A stretch of 64,000 bases of DNA. Origin: an uncultured Pseudomonadota bacterium. GTDB taxonomy: Bacteria; Oederibacteriota; Muellerivitia; Muellerivitales; Muellerivitaceae. Position numbers and translations under genes: made by a program. The stretch is taken from NCBI GenBank assembly GCA_963836235.1, contig CAWIIP010000001.1:224001-288000 (forward strand). The letters are read 5' to 3'. Below the pieces are notes generated by a model, which saw only the letters and a program-made list of their open reading frames with translations, made no database searches and was not told the origin of the DNA. Positions 45,306 through 56,500 of the stretch are shown piece after piece (position 1 is the stretch's first letter; the number at the start of each line of letters is the position of its first letter).

Positions 45306-46388
45306 ATGAAATCTTCCGAAAACGGACTAAAAAAAATAAGGAATGAGATCGACCGAATTGATTCAAAACTCGTCCGCCTTTTGAACGAGCGGGCGAAGAG
45401 CATTTTAAAAGTGAAGAGTCTCAAATCGAAGGCCGAAATCCATTTTTACGCTCCCCACCGGGAAAGGGAAGTTTACCAGCGTATCGCCAAGTTAAATCAG
45501 GGACCCCTGCCAATCGAGGTTCTCAATAATATTTATTGTGAAATTATGTCGGGTTCCCTTGCTCTGGAAGCCCGTTTAAAAATAGCCTATTTCGGGCAAG
45601 CGGGTTCCAACACGCATATTGCCGCCTTGCAAAAATTCGGCAATTCCACGGGTTACATCACCGGGCCCACTTTAAAAGACGTGTTCCTGGAAGTGGAGCG
45701 GGGAAGAGCCCACTATGGCGTCGTTCCAATTGAAAATTCAACGGAAGGCATGATCAACCATACATTGGATTTGTTCGTTGAATCGGATTTGAAGATTTGC
45801 TCCGAGATACTCATGCCTATTTCCCACACCCTTATGTCGAAGACCGGAGAATTGGAAAAGGTCAAAGTGGTTTATAGTCATCCCCAAGCCTTGGGGCAAT
45901 GTCGTGTATGGCTGGAAGCCAATTTGCCCGGCGTGAAAATAGTTGAAAGCGCCAGCACCTCACGGGCGGCGGAACAGGCAGCCTCCAACGCCTCCTTGGC
46001 CGCGATCGCTCCCGAATTGGCGGCGAAACTCTACAAGTTAAAACCCATCGCGAAACGCATTGAAGACATGCAAGACAACTACACCCGGTTTTTGGTAATT
46101 GGGCGGACCGCCGCGGAAAAAACAGGAAAGGACAAAACTTCCGTGATGGTTTCCATCAAAGACAAAGTTGGTGCCCTTTTTTCGCTGCTGTATCCATTTG
46201 AAAAACAGGGATTGAACCTAACTAATATTGAATCACGTCCCTCCCGAAAGAAGGCGTGGGATTATTATTTCTTCATTGATTTTCTCGGCCATATCAGTGA
46301 TCCCAAGGTTCAAACCGCCATCCAGGAAATTGAGAAGGCGTCCTTGACGATCAAGGTATTGGGTTCCTATCCCCGTTGCGAGAATTGA
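45306..46388 (+). CDS. pheA: Chorismate mutase/prephenate dehydratase
   Basis: IRNEIDRID, PIENSTEG, SHPQALGQC, NYTRF, IESRP. Confidence 0.96.
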   Translation: MKSSENGLKKIRNEIDRIDSKLVRLLNERAKSILKVKSLKSKAEIHFYAPHREREVYQRIAKLNQGPLPIEVLNNIYCEIMSGSLALEARLKIAYFGQAGSNTHIAALQKFGNSTGYITGPTLKDVFLEVERGRAHYGVVPIENSTEGMINHTLDLFVESDLKICSEILMPISHTLMSKTGELEKVKVVYSHPQALGQCRVWLEANLPGVKIVESASTSRAAEQAASNASLAAIAPELAAKLYKLKPIAKRIEDMQDNYTRFLVIGRTAAEKTGKDKTSVMVSIKDKVGALFSLLYPFEKQGLNLTNIESRPSRKKAWDYYFFIDFLGHISDPKVQTAIQEIEKASLTIKVLGSYPRCEN

Positions 46389-46433
46389 AATGCTTTACTG
46401 TCCGGAAACTCTCCGAAATAAAAAGGCCTTGAA

Positions 46434-47534
46434 ATGACTTTTCCCGTTCCTTTCCGCGATAATCTTTTAGGCATGAAGCCCTATGTCCCGGGCAAGCCCA
46501 TCGAGGAATTGGAAAGGGAACTGGGAATCAAAAACGCCTCCAAAATCGCTTCCAATGAGAATCCCCTGGGACCCTCCCCGAAAGTTTTGGACGCCCTAGG
46601 CAAGGCTTTGAACAAAATCAGCCGCTATCCGGACGGGGCGGCGCACAACCTCTCGAAAGCTTTGGGCCACTACTTGACGGTTCCCACCAATCAAATCATC
46701 CTGGGGAACGGCTCGAACGAACTTTTGGTCCTGCTGGGGCAAATGGTCCTGAATCCCGGCGACGAAGTCCTTTTCTCCGAAAACAGCTTTTTCGTTTACA
46801 CGTTGACGGCCCAACTTTTCGAGGCGGTTCCTAAAATGGTGCCCTTAAAAGATGAGACGCACGACCTCCAGGCCTTTTCCAACGCCCTCACCGCCAAAAC
46901 CCGCCTGGTTTTTATTTGTAATCCGAACAATCCCACGGGAACCATGGTGCCACTCTTGGCTATCGAGGCTTTCCTGAAAATATGTCCGAAGGAAGTCCTG
47001 GTCGTCCTGGATGAGGCCTATTACGAATATGTTGAAGAAAAAAACTACTTCGAGTCCCTTCGACTGAGGGAGAACTATCCTAATCTGGTCATTCTGCGCA
47101 CCTTTTCAAAAGCCTTCGCTTTGGCGGGATTGAGGATAGGGTATGGCGTTGCCCATCCCCAATTGGTGGAGATTTATCAAAAAACACGCCAACCCTTCAA
47201 CGTGAACAGCCTGGCCATGGTGGCCGCCGAAACCGCGCTGGCGGATACTCCCCATATGAAGAAAGCTGTAGAGTTGAACAGCCGTATGCGGAATAAACTT
47301 TTTCAGGGACTCACCCTTTTGGGACTGAAACCCACCCCGACCCACGCGAATTTCATTTATTTCAACCTCCCTTATGCCTGGGATATTTACCAGGCGCTTT
47401 TAAGGAAAGGCGTCATTGTCCGGCCCGTGGGCCCGGAGGCTTTGCGCGTTACCACAGGAACCGAAGCCGAAACAGATAATTTTCTGAAAGTATTTGGGGA
47501 GATAATGGCGCCGAAAGGGGTTCTGAAAGTCTGA
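46434..47534 (+). CDS. hisC: Histidinol-phosphate aminotransferase
   Basis: ASNENP, NPNNPTG, DEAY, RTFSKAFALAGLRIG. Confidence 0.95.
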   Translation: MTFPVPFRDNLLGMKPYVPGKPIEELERELGIKNASKIASNENPLGPSPKVLDALGKALNKISRYPDGAAHNLSKALGHYLTVPTNQIILGNGSNELLVLLGQMVLNPGDEVLFSENSFFVYTLTAQLFEAVPKMVPLKDETHDLQAFSNALTAKTRLVFICNPNNPTGTMVPLLAIEAFLKICPKEVLVVLDEAYYEYVEEKNYFESLRLRENYPNLVILRTFSKAFALAGLRIGYGVAHPQLVEIYQKTRQPFNVNSLAMVAAETALADTPHMKKAVELNSRMRNKLFQGLTLLGLKPTPTHANFIYFNLPYAWDIYQALLRKGVIVRPVGPEALRVTTGTEAETDNFLKVFGEIMAPKGVLKV

Positions 47535-48382
47535 TGGCACATAAAACCCAAATTACGATTGTGGGGGTGGGGCTTTTGGGCGGGTCCTTGGCGCTGGCCC
47601 TTCGAAAGCATAACGATATCAAGCTGATAGGGTGGAACCATCGGGCCGGTTCCCGGAAGAAAGCTTCCCGCTTGATCCCGGTCGCCCGAAGCTTTGAGGA
47701 AGCCGCCGAAGAGGCCGATATCCTCATTCTCTGTTCCCACCCCGCTTCCATACCGGCTTCGCTTCGCCAATTGGTCTCTTTGGTCCGGCCGCACGCGCTT
47801 ATCTTGGATGTTTCCAGCGTGAAAGGGGAAGTCGTAAGGGAAGCGAATCGGATTCCCGGAATGGGCAGGCATTTCGTTCCTTGCCATCCTATGGCCGGAA
47901 AGGAAAAGTCGGGCCCCGCTTTTGCCGATCCAGATCTTTATAGGGAAAAGACGGTTTTCCTCACGCCCCTGACTAAAAACCCAAAGAGTCTCGTCCAAAA
48001 GGCATTCCGCTTTTGGAAAAAAGTCGGCGCTATTCCCGTGATAACGGATCCTGTAGCCCACGATCGAAGCGTGGCTTTGACCAGCCACCTACCCCACGTT
48101 CTCGCGTCGGCTTTGATGGAACTTTATGGGCAAAACCAAGGCCGTTCTCCCGTTTTTAAGAAAGCGGTCGGCTCCGGATTCCGTGATTTTACCCGAATCG
48201 CCGCCGGTAATCCCTCCATGTGGGGGGATATCGTGACGATGAACGCGGGCGAAATTAAGTATTTTCTTTCCCGGTACCGCCGCCGCTTAAGCGATCTGGA
48301 AAAAAAACTTAAAAAAGGAAATGGTCGTTACTGGCTGAAATTTTTTGAAAAATCCAAGGCTCTTCGAGAACAAATACTGTGA
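47534..48382 (+). CDS. tyrA: Prephenate/arogenate dehydrogenase
   Basis: GVGLLGGS, DVSSVK, HPMAGKE, SHLPH, GFRDFTRIA. Confidence 0.93.
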   Translation: MAHKTQITIVGVGLLGGSLALALRKHNDIKLIGWNHRAGSRKKASRLIPVARSFEEAAEEADILILCSHPASIPASLRQLVSLVRPHALILDVSSVKGEVVREANRIPGMGRHFVPCHPMAGKEKSGPAFADPDLYREKTVFLTPLTKNPKSLVQKAFRFWKKVGAIPVITDPVAHDRSVALTSHLPHVLASALMELYGQNQGRSPVFKKAVGSGFRDFTRIAAGNPSMWGDIVTMNAGEIKYFLSRYRRRLSDLEKKLKKGNGRYWLKFFEKSKALREQIL

Positions 48383-49677
48383 AAAAAATCATCATCCATA
48401 CTGTTCGATCGATCCGAGGGACTTTGACGGTGCCCGGCGACAAATCGATTTCCCATCGGGCGGTAATGCTGGGGTCCCTGGCTTATGGTAAGAGCAAGAT
48501 CGATCATTTTTTAACCTCGGAAGATTGTTTATCGACCATTGGCATTTTTAAGAAGATGGGAGTTCAAATCCGACAGGATGGGGACCGGGTAACGATCATT
48601 GGAAAGGGCTTGAATTCACTCAAACCCCCTTCCGAAATTTTAGACGCCGGCAACTCGGGGACTTCCGCCCGTATTCTACTGGGACTTTTATCGGGCCAAC
48701 CCTTCACCAGCCGACTGACAGGGGATCAGTATTTACGGCGGCGCCCCATGAAGCGGGTTGTCACGCCACTGGCCCTCATGGGAGCCCGTGTGACCGGGCC
48801 CGATGAGGGCAACTTACTTCCGCTTAAAATCGAAACCCGGAAATTGAAAGGCATCCAATACCGGCTTCCGATTGCCAGTGCCCAAGTCAAAAGCGCGATT
48901 CTCATGGCCGGCCTTTTTGCCGAAGGTAAAACCACCGTTGTCGAACCCACTCCCACCCGGGACCACACCGAAAGAATGTTCAAGGCCTTTTCGATACCTT
49001 ATTCCCGGAAAAGCCAGGGAATATCCGTGAAGGGGCCGGTGGCGCCTTTCAAAGGCCGGACGATTAATGTACCAGGGGATATTTCCTCCGCCGCTTTTTT
49101 CATCGTTGCAGGATTAATTGTGCCCAATTCAAAAATCACCTTAAAAAATGTCGGCATTAATCCCACCCGCACGGGCCTCTTGGACGTATTGAAGCAAATG
49201 AAAGCCCATATTGTGGTGTCGCCAGTGAAAACAGGCAAAGGCGAGGAGCCGATGGCCCATATCACGGCCTATTCCTCTTTTTTGAAAGGTGTTGAAATCG
49301 GAGGAAAAATCGTTCCCCGCATGATCGATGAGTTTCCCATCTTGGCGGTGGCCGCGACCCAAGCCCAGGGGACGACGATCGTTCGAAACGCGGAAGATTT
49401 GAAAGTGAAGGAATCCGACCGCATTCTCATGATGGCGGTCACCCTCAAAAAAATGGGGGCTCACATTGAACCTACCTCGGATGGATGGCTGATCACAGGG
49501 CCCACGCCTTTAAAAGGGTGCCGGCTTTCCTCCGGTGGGGACCATCGGATCGCAATGTCAATAGCCATTGCGGCTTTGATCGCGCGGGGTCCCACGACTG
49601 TTATGGACACCGAAAATATTAATACCTCCTTTCCGGGTTTTGAGCATTTACTACGAAAGGTTTCGGCCCATGAATGA
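48379..49677 (+). CDS. aroA: EPSP synthase
   Basis: PGDKSISHR, GNSGT, SAQVKS, RDHTE, KESDR, DHRIAM. Confidence 0.97.
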   Translation: MKKIIIHTVRSIRGTLTVPGDKSISHRAVMLGSLAYGKSKIDHFLTSEDCLSTIGIFKKMGVQIRQDGDRVTIIGKGLNSLKPPSEILDAGNSGTSARILLGLLSGQPFTSRLTGDQYLRRRPMKRVVTPLALMGARVTGPDEGNLLPLKIETRKLKGIQYRLPIASAQVKSAILMAGLFAEGKTTVVEPTPTRDHTERMFKAFSIPYSRKSQGISVKGPVAPFKGRTINVPGDISSAAFFIVAGLIVPNSKITLKNVGINPTRTGLLDVLKQMKAHIVVSPVKTGKGEEPMAHITAYSSFLKGVEIGGKIVPRMIDEFPILAVAATQAQGTTIVRNAEDLKVKESDRILMMAVTLKKMGAHIEPTSDGWLITGPTPLKGCRLSSGGDHRIAMSIAIAALIARGPTTVMDTENINTSFPGFEHLLRKVSAHE

Positions 49678-50359
49678 AGTCATTATCATCGCCATTGACG
49701 GTCCGGCAGGCGCCGGGAAAAGCACGGTGGCCAAAACATTGGCGAAAAAACTTGGATTTCTTCACATTGATACCGGTGCGATGTACCGGAGCGTTACTTT
49801 GGCCGCTCTACGCCAAAAGGCGAATTTGGAAAGCGATCCGGAACTGGAGAAAATCGCCCAGGATTCGAGAATCGAACTTCGGCCTGGGGAACCTGAAAAT
49901 AAGGTGTTTTTAAACGGCGAAGAGGTGACAAAGGAAATCCGGTCGCCGGAAGTCACGAAGGCTTCGGCTCATATCGCCAACTCGGTACCGGTCCGCAAAA
50001 TTTTAGTGGCCCGGCAACAGCAAATGGGCCGGAAGGACAGTCTTTCCTATGGTGGGGCGGTTTTAGAGGGACGAGACATCGGCACCGATGTTTTTCCGGA
50101 CGCCCAGTATAAGTTTTTTCTGGACGCTTCTGTTGAGATACGCAGCCACCGGCGCCTGCGCGATTTACAAAAGGCCGGCACCCCTACGACACTCGAGCAG
50201 GTGATGGCCGAGGTTAAAGCCCGGGACGAAAGAGATTATCATCGCCCCGTTGGCGGTCTGAGAAAAACGCCCGAATCCATCGTCATGAACCATTCCGATT
50301 TAACGGTTGAGGAATCCGCCGAAGCCCTTTACCAATTCATTCGACAAAACCCGAAATAA
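49670..50359 (+). CDS. cmk: Cytidylate kinase
   Basis: AIDGPAGAGKST, DTGAMYR, EGRDIGT. Confidence 0.96.
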   Translation: MNEVIIIAIDGPAGAGKSTVAKTLAKKLGFLHIDTGAMYRSVTLAALRQKANLESDPELEKIAQDSRIELRPGEPENKVFLNGEEVTKEIRSPEVTKASAHIANSVPVRKILVARQQQMGRKDSLSYGGAVLEGRDIGTDVFPDAQYKFFLDASVEIRSHRRLRDLQKAGTPTTLEQVMAEVKARDERDYHRPVGGLRKTPESIVMNHSDLTVEESAEALYQFIRQNPK

Positions 50360-50443
50360 TCTTTTTTTCAACAGCCAATCTCCTCCATCCGGAACTCGAA
50401 ACGATTCTTGCTGATCCATAGCTGGCATTGATGTTCTTATTGT

Positions 50444-51520
50444 ATGATGACGTATAAAGTTAAACGATATGAAGGGTTGGATCGCATGTCTTCAATAGAT
50501 AAAAAAATCAGTTACAAACTGGATAGTTCCGCTATGACCAGTTGGATCATAGCGCTGGTCCTGCTTTCCACGGGCCTTTGTTGGTTCTTCAGTCAAAATT
50601 GGAAGGCTTGTTTGGGAGTCGGTCTAATTGACGTGATTATTGTCTATCTTTCTTGGTCGGATATTTTCAATAAAACCCAGAAGGGATTTTTTGTTGAACT
50701 TCAACTTTTTCTCGTCCGCAGCCGAATTTTACCGGAAGAGTATAAAATCGTTCGCAATCCGTCGCTGCCTACCTTGGAGCAACAAAAAAATGAGCTCATG
50801 GATTTGGCCGCGGGTCAATTTCAGCAAAGCGAAAAAAAATTGACGGAAACCCGCTACATTCTGGATAAGTTTGTCGGCACCAAAGCCTCCCAATTCGCCA
50901 CCGAAAAAGGACGGCAAGCGGTTTGGGAGGGGGAATTAACGAGGGCCATCGTCCTTTTTTCCGACGTTCGGGGTTTTACGAGCATGACGGAAAAGTTGAA
51001 GCCCCAGGAAACCATTCGTTATCTCAACCGCATGTTCACGGAATTCGAGGAAGTCATCGCCTTTTCGGGCGGGGAAATCAATAAATTTATCGGGGACGCT
51101 CTTTTGGCTTATTTTCCATTTCCGCAAGAATCAGCGAATGGAGCGGTTAAAAAATCCCTTTTGGCGGCTCTGCGAATGCAAGATGCTTTTCATCAAATAC
51201 AGGTAAATTTCCGCGAAAATTACAGCGAAACGATCCATACCGGCTTAGGGATCGGGCTGACCGGGGGGGATGTCATTATCGGTAACTTGGGTTCGGCCCG
51301 CCGAATGGAATTTACTCTCATTGGGGATACCGTTAATTTCGCTTCCCGCCTTTGTTCCATCGCGGAAGACGGCCAGATCCTGATCAATCAAGACTTGGCG
51401 CTTATCGCGGGGGATATGTTCCGGATGGAGGCTTTGGAACCGATTCGAATAAAGGGCAAAAGCGGGACCCATCGTCCTTATTCGGTCATGGGCGAAAAAC
51501 TGCAACCCGGGTTGGCCTAA
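50444..51520 (+). CDS. Membrane-anchored class III nucleotide cyclase, probably adenylate-specific
   Basis: Two TMs; LFSDVRGFT, NKFIGDA, EFTLIGDTVNFASRL. Confidence 0.9.
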   Translation: MMTYKVKRYEGLDRMSSIDKKISYKLDSSAMTSWIIALVLLSTGLCWFFSQNWKACLGVGLIDVIIVYLSWSDIFNKTQKGFFVELQLFLVRSRILPEEYKIVRNPSLPTLEQQKNELMDLAAGQFQQSEKKLTETRYILDKFVGTKASQFATEKGRQAVWEGELTRAIVLFSDVRGFTSMTEKLKPQETIRYLNRMFTEFEEVIAFSGGEINKFIGDALLAYFPFPQESANGAVKKSLLAALRMQDAFHQIQVNFRENYSETIHTGLGIGLTGGDVIIGNLGSARRMEFTLIGDTVNFASRLCSIAEDGQILINQDLALIAGDMFRMEALEPIRIKGKSGTHRPYSVMGEKLQPGLA

Positions 51521-51744
51521 TTATTATTTGAAATAGATGATCCGCTATCGCAGTTATTCGGGTTCCTGAATTTACCCAAAAACAAGAAAATGAAGCTTTG
51601 TCCGGATCCGATAGGGCTTTTTGAACAGGCTTGTTCTCCGAAGCTTGCGAAACGGAGTAATTTACCTTTAAATACACTTTCTTTTACCCGGTGGGCCATT
51701 CCATCGCGGTTGGATCGAAAGGATGTTCAATTTAAAGGAATCCC

Positions 51745-53526
51745 ATGCGCGAATGGAATAAGCCGGCAAGCACCTTTTTTCTCGGTTTTGGTTTGTGGGT
51801 GGTCTGCCTTTTCGTGTACCTTTCGAAGATACCCATTAATTACACCTACGATGGAATGGTATTCGCCGCCCGGGTCGAAAAGGACCATATCCGCCTTTGG
51901 GACCTTTTCCATCCGCACCATATTCTTTATACGTTCCTGGGTCGCATGGTTTTCTTTTGGGGAAAGGCTCACGGCGCCACCTGGGACGGCCTGGTGACGC
52001 TTCAGTTTTTGGACATCGTCACTGGGCTTTTTGGCGTGGTGATTGCTTTCCATCTTTTGGTGAGAGAAACCGATAACCGGCCCATCGCAGTCTTGACGGC
52101 CTTCGGCTTGGCTTTCTCTTATAGTTACTGGTATTTTTCAACTTCGCCTGGGGTGCGAATATTCGCGTCCGTCACCCCCCTTTTCGCTTGGTATGTCCTG
52201 ACCTATCTCAAAGACCATCGACCATGGTTCGGCCTGGCCGTGGGATCAGCGCACGCGCTCGCCGTCCTGGGACACCAGACGAACCTTTATTTAGGGCCCG
52301 CTTTTTTAGCCGGCATTTGGTGCGTCCGGAATAAGAATTTTTCGGAACGGTTCAAAGCCAGTTTATATTACTTATTCGCCTTGGGCTTTTGGGTTTTAGC
52401 CGTTTACGGTTTCGTGGGAAGGTTCGCTTGCAATCGAACGACCTATGACAAATGGATTGCCTGGATATTAGCTTATTCCCATATCCCGGGCTGGCCTCGT
52501 GGAAATTTCGGCCCCAGCGGTTTTGCCATGGCGAAATTCGGGACCTTGAAGGCCTTTCTGGAAAGCGCTAATCCCTCTCAGACGATAGCTGTTTCCCTTA
52601 CCTTCGATGTTACCCAAACTCTTTTGCAATACGGCCTTATCGCCCTCCTGGCTTTTTTGATTATGCGCCTGGACCTCTTTTGGAAATATCACCGGCAGGC
52701 GCTTTGTTTTTCGGTTTTGTGGCTTTTGCCTTTTGTACCTTTTTTTATCTGGTGGGATCCCGACAATATCGAATTTTGGGTAACCACCACTCCACCTTGC
52801 TGGATTCTTATGGGGACGGTAGTAGCCGAATTATCGAATCGTTGGGAAAATCCGGTACTTTCCATCGCGAACCGAGGGATGATCTTCGCGCTTTGGGGCG
52901 GCCTGATGGGCCTTTTGTTCCTCTATAATTTCAGCGGTCTTTTGTTCCCTCACCCCGTTTCTTCCGAGCATGACCGCCGGCCCATGATGAGCGCCTTGGA
53001 TTGGAAGGTCCATGTGGACGATCTCCTGATATTGGACGGCATCAATACCCTTCCTTTTTACCTTGATCGATTCCAAAAAAGGGAATACTTGGGGCTTTAT
53101 CCATTTTTCAGGAGATATCAGATTTCGGCTCTGAGGGAAAAGGAAAGCAAGTTAAAACGCCGGAAATCGGCTATTTTCATTGAAGCCAGCCCCACACCAA
53201 CACCCGATCCATGGAAGGATTTAGCGGATCGTTTTGAGGATAAGTGGAAGCATCACCGCAAGGTTTGGGTCATGACTGAAGCCGCGGACGAAAACGACGC
53301 CTGGAGGAAAAAACTGGAAAAAATGTTGAATTTTCCTGAGGGACGAATGTCTGATTTCTTTCGCCAATATGGGCAGGAACCGGTGACTTATCGAGGAAAG
53401 GTTTATTTTTGCCAGCTTTTGGAGCCGACCCCAACCGTGGCCCCAGTGGTCGAAGTCACCCCCACGCCTGTTTCAGTCGAGAAAAAAAACAGTAAAAATA
53501 AACCGAAGCGAGCGAAGCATTCATGA
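51745..53526 (+). CDS. Polytopic membrane protein, GT-C-fold (DUF2723/ArnT/PMT-like) candidate
   Basis: About 10-12 TMs; Asp in first loop (YTYDG), HPHHILY, SYSYWYFS; C-terminal soluble domain. Confidence 0.6.
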   Translation: MREWNKPASTFFLGFGLWVVCLFVYLSKIPINYTYDGMVFAARVEKDHIRLWDLFHPHHILYTFLGRMVFFWGKAHGATWDGLVTLQFLDIVTGLFGVVIAFHLLVRETDNRPIAVLTAFGLAFSYSYWYFSTSPGVRIFASVTPLFAWYVLTYLKDHRPWFGLAVGSAHALAVLGHQTNLYLGPAFLAGIWCVRNKNFSERFKASLYYLFALGFWVLAVYGFVGRFACNRTTYDKWIAWILAYSHIPGWPRGNFGPSGFAMAKFGTLKAFLESANPSQTIAVSLTFDVTQTLLQYGLIALLAFLIMRLDLFWKYHRQALCFSVLWLLPFVPFFIWWDPDNIEFWVTTTPPCWILMGTVVAELSNRWENPVLSIANRGMIFALWGGLMGLLFLYNFSGLLFPHPVSSEHDRRPMMSALDWKVHVDDLLILDGINTLPFYLDRFQKREYLGLYPFFRRYQISALREKESKLKRRKSAIFIEASPTPTPDPWKDLADRFEDKWKHHRKVWVMTEAADENDAWRKKLEKMLNFPEGRMSDFFRQYGQEPVTYRGKVYFCQLLEPTPTVAPVVEVTPTPVSVEKKNSKNKPKRAKHS

Positions 53527-56500
53527 AAAAGGTTCGATTTTGCTTCAGCAGAATATTTCCGCTTTTGCTTCTCTTCTTTCATATGAGTCAGGTTTTTGGC
53601 CAAACCCCCACCGCCGGCTTATCTTTAGTTCCGACACCCGTCGAAATGTACACCCCACAGCCCACCCCAGTTAAGCCGAGCCCGCCATTGGATAAGGCGG
53701 GTGCCCAGGTCATCCAAGACCGGCCTTGGATGAACGACCTGTATTCTTGGAATGAAAAATTCGACTTGGATCTTCAACAAGTGGTTCCCAATTTGACTGG
53801 AGCTTATTGCGTTGGCAATGGCCGTGCTTTTGGGTTGGTGGGTCTTTCCAGCCCCCTTTGGAATTGGTCCAACCTCTATGGGGCTTCCTACCAGGAGCCG
53901 ACGCTTGGCGATATGCGCATGACCGTCACCCGGGCGGGTGTGGACGCCAAGTTGAATCAACAACAAATCGGGTGGGTCAAACGTTCGGGTGTGGTGAAGG
54001 TGAAAGCCGAAGGAGCCGGGCTGATGGTGGAAAGCTACGATTTCGCGCCGGTCACGCCGTCGGACGATAACGCCTGGGATAACCCGGCGGTCCTGGTGCG
54101 TCTGGTCCATATCGTGAATGGGGGAGACCACGCCGAAACCGATTTGGATATCGCCCTAAAACTCCAACCGGCCTGGAACATTAAGTTCAAGGAAAGGGTG
54201 GCGGGCCGAGATCTTTTCATCGATCAAAAAGCGTCACGGGCTAAGAAACGGACTTTCTGGCGGATGGGAGCTTTTAACAATAAGGATGTCCGTATTTGGG
54301 ACAACAATCTTCACTATAGTGCGCCGTCCCTGGGTCCGGGTCAGGAAGTTTGGGTGTCCTTTTATCTAGCCGCGGCCGGTTCCACCCGCGAAGTCGGCGA
54401 CTTAGTTTCCGACATCCGGCATACAGGTCCCTTGGTTCTCCTGGATCAAACCCGCGACTATTACCAGAAATGGTTCGAATCCGGCACTCAGTTTACGGGG
54501 GACATGAAGGTGACCGATCTTTTCGAGGTCGAATCCACCATCTTAAAATCCGTTCAGGCCAGGACGGGAGGTTTTTCACCCTTGATTGGATATTCCTATA
54601 CCTGGATCAGGGATAACAATGGACCCATTCGCTGGTTCTTGAAAACGGGCCATCCCCAAGAAGCTAAAAAGCCGATGGATTTTTTTTACGGCGTCAGTTC
54701 CTCCATGGGCACCCTTCCCAGCAGCGTTCGGGTTGATTACACCCTGAATTTTCACCTTAAAAACCTTTCCCATTTGCAGGTAGGCCATGCGGAAACGCCG
54801 AGTTGGATCGTGCTTCAGCATTGGTGGTATTACTTGACCACGGGAGATCTCGAATATATCCGCGGGCGATGGGCTTACTTGAAGGAGTGTATCCAGGGAC
54901 AAGTTAATGAAGAAGACAAGTATTTTTTCAACCGGGATGAGACCTACCTATGGTGTTTAGAGTCACGCGTTTTTGACCACGTGCCGTTCCCGAATTACAT
55001 GTTGAATACTTATGCCTTCGCCACGGATTCCAGTTTTGACCTGGTTTCCGCCGCCGACCATCTGGCCTATATGGGCAAGTACCTGGAGATGGACAAGGAT
55101 ATTTCCACGCTAAAGACGCTGGCGCAGAGGGTGCGGGACAAGGCCGAAGAAACCTATTGGAATGAAAAAGCGGGTTACTGGGAACCGGCCCAATCCCTTT
55201 TGGGGCCGCTTTACAATGCGCCTTTCGCCAACATCCTCGTTAATCCCTATTGGTGCGGTTACGCCCGCAACGATCTGGATCCCATGGGCGAGACATCTCT
55301 GGCTTCCAAGCGCGCGGTCGAGGCCATTAAAAACGCCTATCCCTTGCTGGCCCGCGACGACGGTTTCTGGAAAACGACGCCGTCGGTCGATTATTTCGTA
55401 GGCATGAATCCGGGCCAGTTGTTGTACGCCCTTTGCCGGGCCCGGTTGCCCTGGGCCGATAAAGTTTATCCATCGGTTTTTAAAACCGCCACGCCATCCG
55501 GTGATTTCGCCGAGATGTACGATGGGGATTACCATCCTTGGAATCCACCGGCCTGGGGTATCGGCACCAGCGGAAGGTTAAGGCCCTGGGAAGCGGGCTT
55601 GAACGTGGAAAGTATTTTGGAATATTTGACGGGTTTTTCACCGGATGCGGGCGACAACCGGGTGGTTTTTTCGCCTCATCTGCCGGAGGACATGAAGGAG
55701 TTCGGCGCCCAACGTCTCTTGGTCGGCCCCCTAAAAGTTTCCATTTTTCTGAAAAGGTTGGATTCCCATAGCTGGACGGTTACCCTTCATCTGGATCGGG
55801 GGGAACAGATGGATGTCATTATCGATTTTTGGGCCAGTCACCGCTTTTTCTCCGACATTGAAACGTTGGGAACTGTGACCTGGGACAAGCCTTTGGCCGA
55901 TTCCAACGGCCACGAGGCACGTTGTAGCTTCACCTTGGAGGCGGATAAGGACTGTGTTTTTACTATTTCGGAAGGCGCCCTTCTTCCCGATGAAGAATTG
56001 AAACCACCCAAACCACAAGTATTTCATCCTGATCCATACGACATTTCTAATGCTGATTTGCTTTTGGTCACATCGCCTAACGGCATTATGAACAAGCACA
56101 AACATATTTTGCCCGAGGACATTCTTTCGGTGGGAACAAGTGAATTAAAAACCATGAATCGCATAACATCCTCGGTTAGCTTTTTGGATGTCGACCTTCC
56201 GGTAACACCGGAGGACATTGCCAATGGCCTGTTGGACGAAAAAGGCAATCCCAAAGTCAGGTTGGCTGTTTTTGGGCGGGGAGCTTTTTCCACGGGGAAA
56301 AACAACTTCAAACCTGTTTCCTACTGGACTAACTCTAAATTCGGCCAAACTGTGAAAAAATTTGTCGAGCAGGGAGGCTGCCTATTCCTTGGACCTTCCT
56401 ACCCCGATCGGGAGGTTCTGCCCGATTGGCTCGTGACGCTGACCGGTGGTGGTTGGGAAGAAGGGACCCTGCCGGACAAAGTTATCGTGGCGGATTCCAC